In this document: positions 25,046 to 36,800 of the stretch, one piece after another
Position numbering within the stretch: the stretch's first letter is position 1
How the letters are laid out: every line of letters begins with the position of its first letter
DNA from: Cyanophora paradoxa CCMP329
Lineage: Eukaryota; Plantae; Glaucophyta
Direction: 5' to 3'
Assembly: GCA_004431415.1 (NCBI GenBank)
Contig: QPMI01000195.1
Location: 124,001-188,000 of the forward strand
DNA length: 64,000 nucleotides
Position numbers and translations under genes: made by a program
The notes under the pieces: model-generated
What the model saw: the letters and a program-made list of their open reading frames with translations, nothing else
What the model was told of the DNA's origin: nothing
Databases searched by the model: none

Positions 25046-27149
25046 TGTAATCATCACGCAGTCAATTAAGATCGTGAAACAGAAAAGAAGAAGATGATGA
25101 TGAAGAAATTCAAAGCAATCTAGATCTTCTCTCAAATGTTATCCTGCGGCCCGTTCGTTCGCGCCCCCCCCCCCCCCCCCCCCCCCCCCCCCGCCGGCCG
25201 CACCTGCCGCTTCAGCGCCTCCACCTCGTCCTCCAGCGCCGCGAGCCGCTGCGGCGAGGGCGGGGCGGGGCGCGTCGCGTCGGGTCGGGTCGCGTCGGGC
25301 GGGGCAGGGCGGGCGGGCGGGGCCAGGGCGCGGGCCGGAGGCGGCTAAAGACATGTATTCATCATAGAAGCGAGGCTAAATTTATATACGATAGATCACA
25401 TATATACAAAGCGGGCGGGCGGCTTGGCGGACCTCGCGGTCCCTCTGGAGGGTGGCGACCCCATCATGAAAGCGGGGCTCGGATTTGTATGAGATAGATC
25501 ACGCATACTAAAGACGTTTATATGTTTACGGCGCCTTTGCGTTTATATGTTTACGGCGCCTTTACATGTTATGCCATAGAAGCGGGGATCAGATTTTATA
25601 GGAAGATCAGACAGGGCGGACCTCGCGGTCCCTTTGGAGGGCGGCGACCTCGGCCTCCAACGCCGCCTGCTTCTGCGGGCGCGGCGGGGGCGGCTCGGGC
25701 GGGGGCGGGGGCGAGCTTGAAGGCGGAACCACAGAAGGATTCGCATCGAAATCTCTTGCGGCGCCTGACTAGGCGCTCGACGGGTGCTATCGTGGCATCT
25801 CCGAGGCTCTTGGGGCGGCTCGGGCGAGTGCGAAACCAGAGGGGGATTCCCTCGAGGGGGATCTCTCGCGGTGCCTATAGTTGCTATGTCGTCACGCGCG
25901 GCGCAGCGACGCGATGGTGCCGACGCACGTCACGCGGACGACGGCGGAGCCGCGGCCCAACGCATACATCCCTGACGAGATTGGTCCGCGCCCGTGCGGG
26001 CCCTTTGCGGGCCCGTCCTCTGACGCGCAAGCGTACCCCCCGCGCAGGCATCCCGAAGCCGTACGGGTCGCAGGCGCCGTTCAAGCCGTCGGACCTGGCC
26101 GCGCAGGGCCGCTACTACAGGAAACCGCAGGCCCGCGAGATCATCATATAGCGCCCCGCCCCTCGTCCTCGCTCGGCCCCCCGCCCCTTCGATCATCCGG
26201 CCGCCCTCCCGTCCCCCGTACCCCTTTCTCTTCGTGGCCCCCGTCTCCCCTCCCCTCCCCCTCCCCCCCACCCCCACCCCCCACCGCGCACCCCGAACAC
26301 TCCCCCGGGCCCGTGTTTTTTCTCGAGTACAGACCCGCCTTCGGCGCCTCCCCTCCGAACGCACTGACTGCTCCGATCCGAATCTCGCGATGTCGATCGG
26401 TGCACGTGCTGCGGCCCCGCTAGCGCTGCGCGTGCTCGGGTGATCCATGCCGGGGTGATTATGATCATGAGCTAGCTTCGAGAAGCCCGAAGCCCAACGT
26501 CCACTGCAACGTCGACCGCGCGAGATCCCCATCAAGAGCACGAGAGCGTCGACGTCCGACGGTCCTTCGAATTCGAATCGAATTAAGCCGGCGCCTCGTC
26601 TGCAGGAAGAGCGCTAGCAAGGCTAGATCACCTCGCGATCATTGCTGCGACTTTATTCACTTCCTTCAATCTATGCTGCACGTGGCCATGGTACTATAGT
26701 GCGCTGCAAAACTAGAATCGAAAAACGAAAGCGAAAGAGCTGTTCGACATCGACTACGATACTATGATATTAGTGTCGATATCAATGCCGCATTTATTGC
26801 ATATGTGAATGCAGCGAGGCATCTACGGTAGATTACTGATCATGATTTATAAATACGGGCTTGCAGAAATGCACCTGATCATGAGCATATGCATGCGCAG
26901 CAATCATCATGATCAGTACTGAATTGCATTGAAGCCGAGAATCATGATCAGTCCCATGGCCAGAAGACCCTGCGACGACACGTGATCAAATGCATGCGCG
27001 AATCAACTCCAGAATCTCATTGCAGAGAGCTCACCACGGGTGACTGCGCATGCAGCGAGGCAGCAGCGTTCGGCCAGTAGGGGACGTTGGTTGCCGAGGT
27101 GCTTGGCGTCCAGCGGAAGGCCTGCCAAATAGGTGTTAGCTATGGCGGC

Positions 27150-30100
27150 ATGAAATCGAAATTACAAAGAACGGATGGAGAACTCGCGTTTGCAAAGACG
27201 ATAGGAGCGAACGGGGTCTGGCCAGGGGCGGCTTCAATCTCGAGGTTGTACTGCGTTGCGCGATTGGGTCAGATGACTTCGATTTCCACAGACCCAGGCC
27301 GAAAATCGAACCGCGGTGTTAGTGGAAAACAGCAGGTGGCGGCGTGCCAACTTGGGGGCCTCTGCAATGAGACCGTCGTGAGGAGTTCCTAGATTGGGCG
27401 AACCAATAAAATGTACTATATATTTCATTAGAACGCACTGAATCTCAGAACCACGCCTGAGTCGCTTTCGGTTACGCTAACATCCGTGGCTTGAAGCCTG
27501 TTGCCGGCATTGTCGGAGATGAAAACGACGACTTGCCGCCGGTCTGCCTGTCGACGTCGACATCGAGCTCGAGTCAGTTGCAGGTCGATATCATCGCGCG
27601 CGGAATCTCAATTGCAAGGTAAATTTTAGAAGCTTTCTAACCGGAAGCAAAGTGCCGATAGAGAGGGTGACGAAGTCGGAAGATCCACCCTGCCAACGTC
27701 AACGGTAAATTGATATCGCACGCATCTTTCGTAGACTTGCAGTTACCTGAGGCGCCTGAGCGATGACTTCCCCAAGGTTGAGTTTGTAGATTGTGCGGCC
27801 CTTGGAGTCCTGCGGAATGATCGTGGGATTAATTTGCGTAGTCAGATATATATATCCCTCCAACATTAATTGCAAAATCTCACCGTCTCCTTAACAAACT
27901 GAGAGATGTTGAACTGTTCGATCGCGAAGTACGGAACGGCGTCAGAGGAGCTTGCAATTGCAATTGGTCGAGGTTGCAATTGCAAGCGCTATCTTATAAT
28001 TATACCAAGGAGATATTTGATTTAAATTTTTGGCGGTAGACATTTATACCGATTTGCCGTTGACGAGCACGGAGGCGGATCCGGAGCTGAAGATCGGCTG
28101 CGAAAGCAATATCAATTAGTTCAACAAGAGTTTCTCCTGTAGGATTTTAATCTGCATATGTGGATCGGAGTACACCAGAGGCGGGATGGGCGTCGGCGAA
28201 GGCGACGGCGTTGCGACGGTCGACGATGGAGGCAGCGCGGTCGGCGTTGCGGTCGCGACCGGGGGCTCGCTGCAAGGGGCCCCAAGCCCGGGGCCGGTTG
28301 GCCAACAGCAATTCACACATGCATATGCGCGTGCGGGGTTCGTGATCACCTTGACGGGAGTTGGGTAGGCGACGGAATGACGCTTGCCGAAGGCGTCGGG
28401 GTTGGCGAGCTCGAGAGCTCGAGGCTCGAGCTCGGAGACGGGCTGGGCGACGGGCTGGGGCTGGGAGACGGGCTGGGCGACGGGCTGGGCGAAGGAGTCG
28501 CAACGCAGTTGACTGTTTATAGCTTTCGTAAGCATATATATATGCGCTAATTAAAAGCATGAAATGTCAAATGACGTGCGAACCGGTGATGGTCGAATTG
28601 AACCCGCCTGCGGCCCCAGATTCGTCGTCGGTGAGACTCTGATAGCGGCGGTCGGAGTTGAACAACACCAGCATTCGATTGGTCGCCGTCAGGGTGCCAA
28701 TCTCAGTCGCGTTCGGTTGTACCACGTACGGGTCTGCGTCGGTTGTGGCGCCATACCCGGTCGCGCTTCCGACTGAGGCAATCGATGTGCTGTTCAGCTC
28801 GTATAGCTGCAATTGCAAGGGGAGCAAGTTTTAAACGATGATCATGAACCCGAACGTAGTTTACAGGGCGCCGGCGCGCAAGCGCACGCACGTAAACCGG
28901 GTCGCAGGCGGGCGAGCAGCTCGACTCAAAGTCCATAGCAGTGAACGTCATATGCAGAGTGCTGCTCGAGGCGCAGTAGCTCGGGAGCCTGACATCCCTG
29001 TCGCCGGCATTACACACATCTTAAGCTTGACTAGCAGATTATGCGATACCAAAGGCGCACCACAAAGCCAAAAGGTTTCGAGGGTACGGGCTGTAACCGA
29101 TGTACGTTGTTGTTCCCGGTGTCGCGACTACCGTGTTCGGTGCAAAAGTTCCGATATAAGCGTTGTCGTCGGCATCGACGAATGCAGCGGGAACTGTTGC
29201 AAGCGTTGCAGGAGACGAAGCAGCCACTGCGCGTGCGCGTGCGCGCCGCGGCGCGATCGTCATGATCGGCACCGGTACCGCACCGCGCGCGGCAGGTGCA
29301 CGTGCACAAGCTTAAGCTTAAGTGGATTCAGATGTTTGTGATATTTAGAACGATTAATCCTTGAAGGATCATCGGATATATACATATATATGATCGATAT
29401 TCTGTGATATGAGATATTATATAATTAATCGTAGATATCGATCGCCGAGACGAACCGCTCGACTTGGGTGCAGACCAGTAACGCGACGCGAAGGATTGAC
29501 TCCGGTACGCAGTGAATATGTACACGAAAAGAGTTGCGCTGTTACTCGTGTATGCTGTGCCGTTTTCGGCGTTGGCTGCCAGCAGTACAGGAGGACTGAC
29601 ACCTGTCACGTCCGGTTGCAATCGCCTCGTTGTGAGTTGCAAGAGATTGAAGGCTCAAAGAACAAAACAAAGTGTCGAACCGATGTCTATGACCTGTCGA
29701 AGGAAATCAAACGTAAGTCGCCAGCTGCAGCAGATCTAGATCTAGAGATCTAGATGTTCGGATCGGAGTGATCATAAGCATGACATGTCGCGAGCTACAA
29801 ATTTATGCATACTCTCGTGCGCATGCGCACCCGGATAGCGTTGTCTTGTCTGCCGTTGCTCGTGGTCGCCGCTATCGAGACAAATTCAATTTGGACGACA
29901 TCGCCATCCGTTGCAGCAGTGATCGTCCTGCTCGGGGGTTCGGGCTTACGGGAATGGGCTTGCGATTGCGGGCGACTGCATATATATTCATGCGCATGTG
30001 CGGCCTGCACGCGCAGCTGACCATCCAGGTGCGCTTCCGTCGCTGTTGTATGTGGCGTTGAGCCACGCGGGCGTCGAAGTAGCGAAAAGCGCCCCTGGCG

Positions 30101-30173
30101 CCGTTCCGGCCGTGATCTGGGCGACGGCAGCGGGCACCATGGCCAGGAGGGCGACGCAGACGACGCTGAGCAT
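27150..30173 (-). CDS. Gene A2: diverged paralog of A1 (secreted CUB-like / Ser-Pro protein); ends approximate
   Basis: MLSVVCVALLAMVPAAVAQITA signal peptide (an alternative ATG lies at 30233). STPAWLNATY matches [10 protein letters not shown] of A1. MTFTAMDFESSCSPACDP and LVLFNSD...GGFNS are CUB-like. SP repeat at ~28400-28500. Confidence 0.7.
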
Positions 30174-30429
30174 GAACGTTAACCATGACCCGCAGGCCGG
30201 AGCCATATGCATCTTGAGCTTAAACTTCGCCATGGCTTCAAGGCGTGCACGTGAATCTTTCGATCGAGATCTGCAGATCTAGATCTAAATTCTAGAACGA
30301 TATCGATGTGTTTATCTAGCCGCTGAGCTGCGCTTCCGAAGTTCGTATCATATATTATAACCTAGGCGCCGGCCTGCAGCTGCGGCTGTACATGTGTAGT
30401 ACTACGGTACAGTGTACATGTACATGTAG

Positions 30430-30886
30430 ACCGCCAGACTCGGCGGAGTCACTAGTACTGGAGTTGTGTGACTGGAGTCACTGGACCGTCGGACTCATCA
30501 TGATCAGTGGAGTCGACCGGACTCACGGGCCGTCACGGCCGCCGCGCCGGCGCCGGCGGCGCGGCCCCGGACTCGGGGAGTCGACGTCGGGGTCCCGGGC
30601 CTCCCGGCCTGGGAGTCCCGGGCGGGCCCCGGGCCCCGGCCCCCGGGGAGTCGGCGGGGAGTCGCGGGGCTGACTCGCGGGCCGTCGCGGCCGGACTCGC
30701 GGACCCGCGGCCCGACTCCCGAGTCCCGACTCCCGAGTCCCGCCCGACTCGCGGCCGGAGTCGCGGCCCGGCGGGGACTCGCCGGGGAGTCGGGGACGTC
30801 GACTCGGCGTCGAGTCGGCGACTCGGCGGGGCGGCGCCGCGGCGGGGCCGGCTAGAGTCTGGTGAATCTGCTGACTCACTGCTGAC
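30430..30886. repeat. GACTC/GAGTC-rich degenerate repeat tract
   Basis: Dozens of GACTC/GAGTC words in both orientations. Continues at 31204-31310, with similar tracts at 31520-31740 and 63870-63980. Confidence 0.6.
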
Positions 30887-30889
30887 TCA

Positions 30890-31203
30890 GGCTGAAATCC
30901 GGTAGGGCGTTTTTGGCCAAAGCTTAGCTAATCGCAGGTACTTAGCGCTTTTGCAGAGAGGTACCATTACGTCATTACGGAACATGTTAGAGGTTTTACA
31001 AGCTAGCGAAGTGCGATTTGGTAACTTTCTTGGCGCCGGTATGGCCATACCGGCGCCAAGGCCAACTTCGCTAGCTTCAAGCAAACCTCTACGATGCTGC
31101 TCCTAGTAATTCGCTAGGAGTCGGACTAGTCCGAGTCGGAACTAAGCTAGCGACGAAAGCTTAAGCTAAAACCGCTTAAGAAATCCCCTACCGGATTTCA
31201 GCC
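30890..31203. mobile_element. PIF/Harbinger-type MITE, 3-bp TCA TSD
   Basis: TCA|GGCTGAAATCCGGTAGGG ... CCCTACCGGATTTCAGCC|TCA, a perfect 18-bp TIR. Confidence 0.8.
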
Positions 31204-32025
31204 TCAGTGCTGAATCACTGCTACTACTAGTCTGCTAGCTATAGACTATAGTGCACGTGCTGACTCACTGGCAGTCAGTGCCAGTCACTGCTGAGTCACT
31301 GCTGACTATAGCTACCGACTAGAATTAATATCATAGTATTACCGCGCTGACATATATAACACGTATCATAGTATACCCCGTCCCCACAGTGCTGGAGTAC
31401 TAGCTGTGGCCGGTAATATTAAATCACCAAAACAAAAGCTAGCGGAGCCTTGCATGCGCTGCCGGCGCCAAATTACCGCGCTAAAAATATCTAGAACGCG
31501 CCGGCGGTAATTAATTTGGGCTCCGAACCTCCGACTCCCGCGGCCGGAGTGACGGCGGAGTCCCCGAGTCCGAATCTGTCATGTCCCGGCATGTCCGATC
31601 GATCGCGACGGTCCCGGACTCCCGGCGGCGATGACTCGGCGATGAGTCCGCCGGCCGATGACTCCGATCGATATCCGATCATCGGATGATCCTCCGACTC
31701 GGGAACCTCCGAGTCTCCGACTCGGGAATGACTGTCGAATTTCTGAGTTCGGGGTAAGCGTTTCCGGAGTTGTTTTACGTTTTTTTCCATCATTACTGAA
31801 TCAACAATTGCCAAAAGCAAGTTGCTGTTCGCCTCTACAAAAAACACTACAATTTCCAAATTTCAACCAAGTTGCCAAGTTGTTTTAGCCGTAGTTTTAA
31901 ATTGCCGTGTTAGCCGTAGTTTTAAATTGCCGTGAGTTACCGAGAGGCTGAATTCGGCAATTTTAAGCATCGGCAATGTTGCTGGGACCCTGGGGGTTGG
32001 GGTTTTCCTAGGCCGTAACAGAGCA

Positions 32026-32150
32026 GAATTTAAATTCGGCAATTTATCGCCACGCCGTGACGGCAATTTCCGAATTTAAATTCGGCAATTTATCGCCACG
32101 CCGTGACGGCAGAATTTAAATTCGGCAATTTATCGCCACGCCGTGACGGC
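32026..32150. repeat. Three tandem copies of AATTTAAATTCGGCAATTTATCGCCACGCCGTGACGGC at the truncation point of the LTR element
   Basis: Directly visible 38-bp unit, three times, with short spacers. Confidence 0.85.
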
Positions 32151-35100
32151 CTGGGCGGCAGCCGTCGAACGACGCCATCCACGATCTCGTAGCCCTTCAT
32201 CTCGCGTTCGAGGCCCGACTTGGCTCGCAAGCAGTGTTCGCACGTGATCTGATCTTCCACGAGGTCCAGCCCCTTGTGCGAGCGGCAGCGTGCCGGGTTC
32301 ACCCCTCGCAGGATGAAGTCCCGCACGCGTTGACACCACGGGTCGTTCCGCTGCTCCAGCGTCATCGCCGTCGCGTCGGAGACGTGTCGGCGTAGCCTAT
32401 CCGGGACTGGCGGGTCGACACTGCGCCGAGCGCCCTCCGCCCACGTGTCCACGACAGGCACATCGAGCGTCACGTCGATTGGTCGAACGCGGTCGCCCGT
32501 CGGGCCGTACAGGGGTGCCACGAAGCCCGGTGTAACCCGGACTGCGCCCGCCTCCGCGTCGCTGCGGACGGACGCCGCCCCGTCGCGCGCCTCCTGTGGG
32601 AGCTGTTTCCACTGCCCGCGCTTGCGGGGTCTGCGAGGCTGCTGCTCCGCTTGGGGGGGGTCCAGCTGAGCCGACGCCCTCGTCGGCGGCCGCGTCCGCG
32701 TCCGCTGCCGCGTACTCCGGGATTGAAGACGGCGCAATCGAGTACCGCCCTTGTCGCGACTTCCAGCCTCGGAGGCGCTTGCGTTGCAGCTGTGACGCCG
32801 CGTAGCTAGCGCGCTCCTCCTCCGTCGCCAGCGCTGGCCTCGGCTTGCCCTCGAGCGTCTTGCCGCCGTACAAGTACGCCTTGCGCGCGCGCCGCTGGGC
32901 CCGTTTCTCCGTTGGAGAGCGCGGGCCGCCATCCCTGTCGAAGACTTGTGGCGTGAGGTTCGGGTGGTCACCGTCGACGTCGGAGTCACGCCGAGGCCGC
33001 GGGTTCTCCGGGTCGAAGTCGTGGAGCTCCGCCTCCGAGAGCGGTAGCGGGTCCGCCATGCGCCGCGCAGCCTCCTCGTTGCCGTACAGGGCGCCGCTGA
33101 CCAACGAGCTCATCGCTGTCGACGCCTCGGATGGGGGCGCCGGGAGCTGGGCCCGCCGCGTCCGGGGGCGGGGTCCGGGTGCCGTCCGCCAAGCCGGTCC
33201 GAGAGACGACGCCAGGTTGTGCTGCTCGCGCCGCCGTGTCCGCTGCACCGCCTCCTCGGCGTCTGCTGAAGCCGGTCGTGCTCGCTTCGGCTCCGGCGGT
33301 CCGTCCGGGAAGTTGATGTTCAGCCAGGCGTCGACGTCGATCGCGTTGGCCGCCGACGGGCCCGTCGTTCGCCGTCTCGGAGCCGTTGACTGCCAGGCCG
33401 GGCCCAGCGTGTCGCCGAGGTTGAGGAGCTCGCGGGGTTGGCGCCGTGGTGGCTGCAGAGCCGCCTCGCCCTCCGGTGTCGTCCGTGCCATTCGCACCGC
33501 TTCGAGCGCCGGGTCAGTCCGGAGCGGCCGGACGAAGTACATGCCGATCGGCTCGTCGGGGTCTCCAGGAACGGGGACAGCGAAGCCCTTGGCCCCCGCC
33601 GCCGCTCCCGGGGCGTTCTCCGAGCCGTCTGCCTCGCCGTTGTAGACGGGATGGGACAGTGGCGCCCGCGTCAGGGCGTCCGGCGCGCTGTTGCTCGTGC
33701 CCTTGCAGTGCTTGATGGTGTAGTTGTAGCCTTGCAAGTACATGGCCACCTTCGCCAGGTAGCGGTTCGCTGGCTGGCGGAGGTCGGTGTTCCGCAGTGA
33801 CAGCAGCGGTTCGTGATCCGTGTGGATCTCGAACGGCTGGTTGCACTCGAAGTAGTGGTGCCACTGCTTGAGGGCCCACAGCAGCGTCATCGCCTCGCCT
33901 TCAACCGCGCCGTAGTTCCGCTCTGAGTCGCTGCAGGTACGGCTGCTGAAGGTGAGGGGCCGGACGTTCGAGGCCGCGTCGGCCTGGTGCAGGATGGCGC
34001 CCATCGCCTGCTTGCTCCAGTCCGTCGTGATGATGAACGGCCGGGTCGGGTCGTTGAAGTGGGGGAAGGGGAGGGCGACGTCTTCGATGAGGATCCGTTG
34101 CAGCTCCTTGAAGGCCTCGCGGCAGGCGTCGGTCCACGCCTCGGCGAACGACTGCGCCGAACCCCGTCGCTTCAAGATGTCGTAGAGCGGCTGGGCGATG
34201 CGCGCGTAGTTGCGGACGAAGCGCCGGTAGTAGCCCGTCAAGCCGACGAAGGAGTGGAGGTTGTCGACGTTGTTGGGCTCCGGCCACTTGGCGATCATGT
34301 CCATCTTCTTCTTGTCCTTGCGCACGCCGTCGCCGGAGACGCGGTGCCCCAGAAGCTCGATCTCGCGCACCATGAAGCGGCACTTGCTAGGCTTGAGCTT
34401 CAAGTTGCCGCGTTCCACAGCTGCGAAGAACGCCTCGAGGTCGAGGAGGTGCTGATCGACCGTTGAGGAGAAGATGGTGAGGTCGTCGACGTACGCCACA
34501 ACGCAAGTCGACAGGAGCGGTCCCATGATGGACGAGATCGCCCGACAGAACGCCGACGGCCCATTCATCACACCGAACGGGGTCACTTTCCATTGGTAGC
34601 ATCCCCATGGAACGAGGAACGTGGTGTACTTGCGCGACTCCTCCGACAACGGCAGCTGCCAGAAGCCCGACGTCGCGTCGCAGGTCGAGAACACGCGCGC
34701 GTGGCGCAGGCGCTCCAGCTGGTCGTCGATGCGAGGTAGGGGGAAGACGTCACGTGGCGCCAGCACCACGGGCGAGCCGTAACCCGCCTGTGACGGCTCG
34801 ATGAGGTCGTCCCGGAGCAGCTTCTCGATCTCCTTGCGTGTCGCCTCCTCCGCTGTTGGCGACATGCGACGCGGATGCGTGTAGAGAGGGAGATGCGTCT
34901 TGTTGACATCCGGCAACAGCGTCAGCGAATGTTCGAACTTGAGGAGGTCGCGCGGGTCGAGCCTGTTGGTAAACGAGCGTTGGTTCTTGTTGAGGAGCGT
35001 CGCGAGTCGCTGCAGGTGCAGCTTCTGCGTCTCCGGCAGCTGGTCGGCCGCCGACGCCTCCAGTAACGAAGCCAACGCCTCCTTCCAGACTTGCTCCGGC

Positions 35101-36800
35101 GGCTTCTCGTCCGGCGGCTTGTCGGACGTCGGGGGGTCCATCGCGCCTGTGCTGAACGCCGTCTGACGCACCGCGACGGCGGCTCCACTGGTCGTGTTGC
35201 CGTCTGCAGCTGTTGCGTGTTTGTCTCGCCATTGCTTGACTAGCAGTCGCAAGTCGGCGATGTGGACGCGCGCCGCCTCGGCGTCAGTGTCGGTGCGGTT
35301 GGCCATCAACGTGGACCATTTGTCGAGAGCCTTGTCGAGCTCGACGACCTCCTCGGCTGTCAGCGGGGTGGGGTCCTCCTCGACGTCGTCGAGGTTGGTG
35401 CGCGTGAAACACGACGGCCACGTCTGGCGCGCGACGCGTCGGAAGTGCTTGGGGCCGACTCGTCGCGTGACAACGACGGGTTTGGCTGCCTGAAGGATTC
35501 GACGGGCGGCCGCGCGGCGCTGGTCGTTGGTCCATGTTGACGACGGGCCCGCAGGGAAGGGGGTCGCGTCGGGAGTGAAATCGCCCTCCGGCCAGCGGCC
35601 GAACTCCGCGTAGCCGACGATGGTGCCCTCGGCGAGTTTGAGAGGTTTGCGGGAGGGGTTGCAGATGTGGACGGTGAGGTGGCGGACTGTGCGGGAGGCG
35701 TGGCGCCAGAGTTGAGCGGGGGTTGTGAAGGAGGGGGGGAGGAAGGGCGTCTCGTCGCCCTGCAAGATCACTGACGAGTCTGGCGGCGGGCCACCGTCGT
35801 ACTCCGGTGCCGCCGTGATGCGAACTTCATCTTTGTCCACAGGGAGCAAGCCGTGCATGTCGGGCACGTAGCCGCGTACCATGGCTTCGCCTCGGTGGAC
35901 GGTGGTGGGACGTAGTAAGCGGACCGGAAGGGCCCCTCCCTCTCGGTCCGAAGCTGAAAAGGGACGAAGTGGAGTTCTTGGTCGTCAGGCGATGTGACGT
36001 GCATGCCCCACTTCTCCGGGGCGCAGCTGATCTGGGCCCGGAGCGCGATGAGCGTCGAGAGTCCCAGGAGCATCTTGACGTCCCCCATCGAGTTCGCCGT
36101 CGTGACGACGAGCGTACGCGCGATGCGTACGGGCCCGATCTGCAGCACCACGTGCGCGGTCCGTCCGTACGTCGTGATGTTGGTCTGGAACCCGACCAAC
36201 GGGACGCGCTCGTCGAGGTACCGGAAGCCCGGGAGGTGCTCCACGACGTCGGCGCTCGCCACGTCCAGCTCCGCCCTATATCTGCACTTTTGGAGTATTG
36301 CAATACTTGGTCGACAGAATCAGTCGATCGACAGAATCAGTCGATCGACTGATTCTGCGCCAGAATCGGTCGACCGAATCAGTCGAATTTTATCGACTGA
36401 TTCTGCGCCAGAATCGGTCGACAAAATCAGTCGATCGACAGAATCAGTCGATCGACTGATTCTGCGACAGAATCGGTCGACCGAATCAGTCGAATTTTAT
36501 CGACTGATTCTGCGCCAGAATCGGTCGACAAAATCAGTCGATCGACAGAATCAGTCGATCGACTGATTTTGCGCCAGAATCGGTCGACCGAATCAGTCGA
36601 ATTTTATCGACTGATTCTGCGCCAGAATCGGTCGACAAAATCAGTCGATCGACAGAATCAGTCGATCGACTGATTTTGCGCCAGAATCGGTCGACCGAAT
36701 CAGTCGAATTTTATCGACTGATTCTGTCGCAGATTCTGTCGAAGGTATTGCAATACTCCAAAAGTGCAGATATACCGCCCCGGAGTCGATCAAGATCTGC
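32150..36800 (-). pseudogene. pol: pol: aspartic protease, reverse transcriptase, RNase H; disrupted
   Basis: ILIDSGAELDV (after removing the MITE) and MLLGLS. RT motifs FPLPRIDD, DATSGFWQL, TPFGVMNGPS, YVDD. RNase H motifs TTDWS, ERNY, HTDHEPL, DALTR. Ends at GYEIVDGVVRR before any integrase core. Frameshift near 35890. Confidence 0.92.
36277..36774. mobile_element. 498-bp MITE with 30-bp TIR and 6-bp TSD (IS3EU-like termini)
   Basis: CCGCCC|TATATCTGCACTTTTGGAGTATTGCAATAC ... GTATTGCAATACTCCAAAAGTGCAGATATA|CCGCCC. The interior is made of GAATCAGTCGATCGAC/GAATCGGTCGAC repeats. Confidence 0.9.

Noticed and set aside
35870-35910. Programmed ribosomal frameshift between protease and RT
   Set aside because: No canonical slippery heptamer seen. 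The element has other lesions, so a mutation or sequencing indel is more likely.
36300-36740. CRISPR-like regular repeats
   Set aside because: No unique spacers and no cas genes; the repeats are the interior of a TIR-bounded MITE in a eukaryotic context.
16138-36800. DIRS/Ngaro retroelement linking the YR with the RT
   Set aside because: The YR and RT are on opposite strands, ~15 kb apart, separated by a host gene. The RT has an aspartic protease and Gypsy-type organisation.
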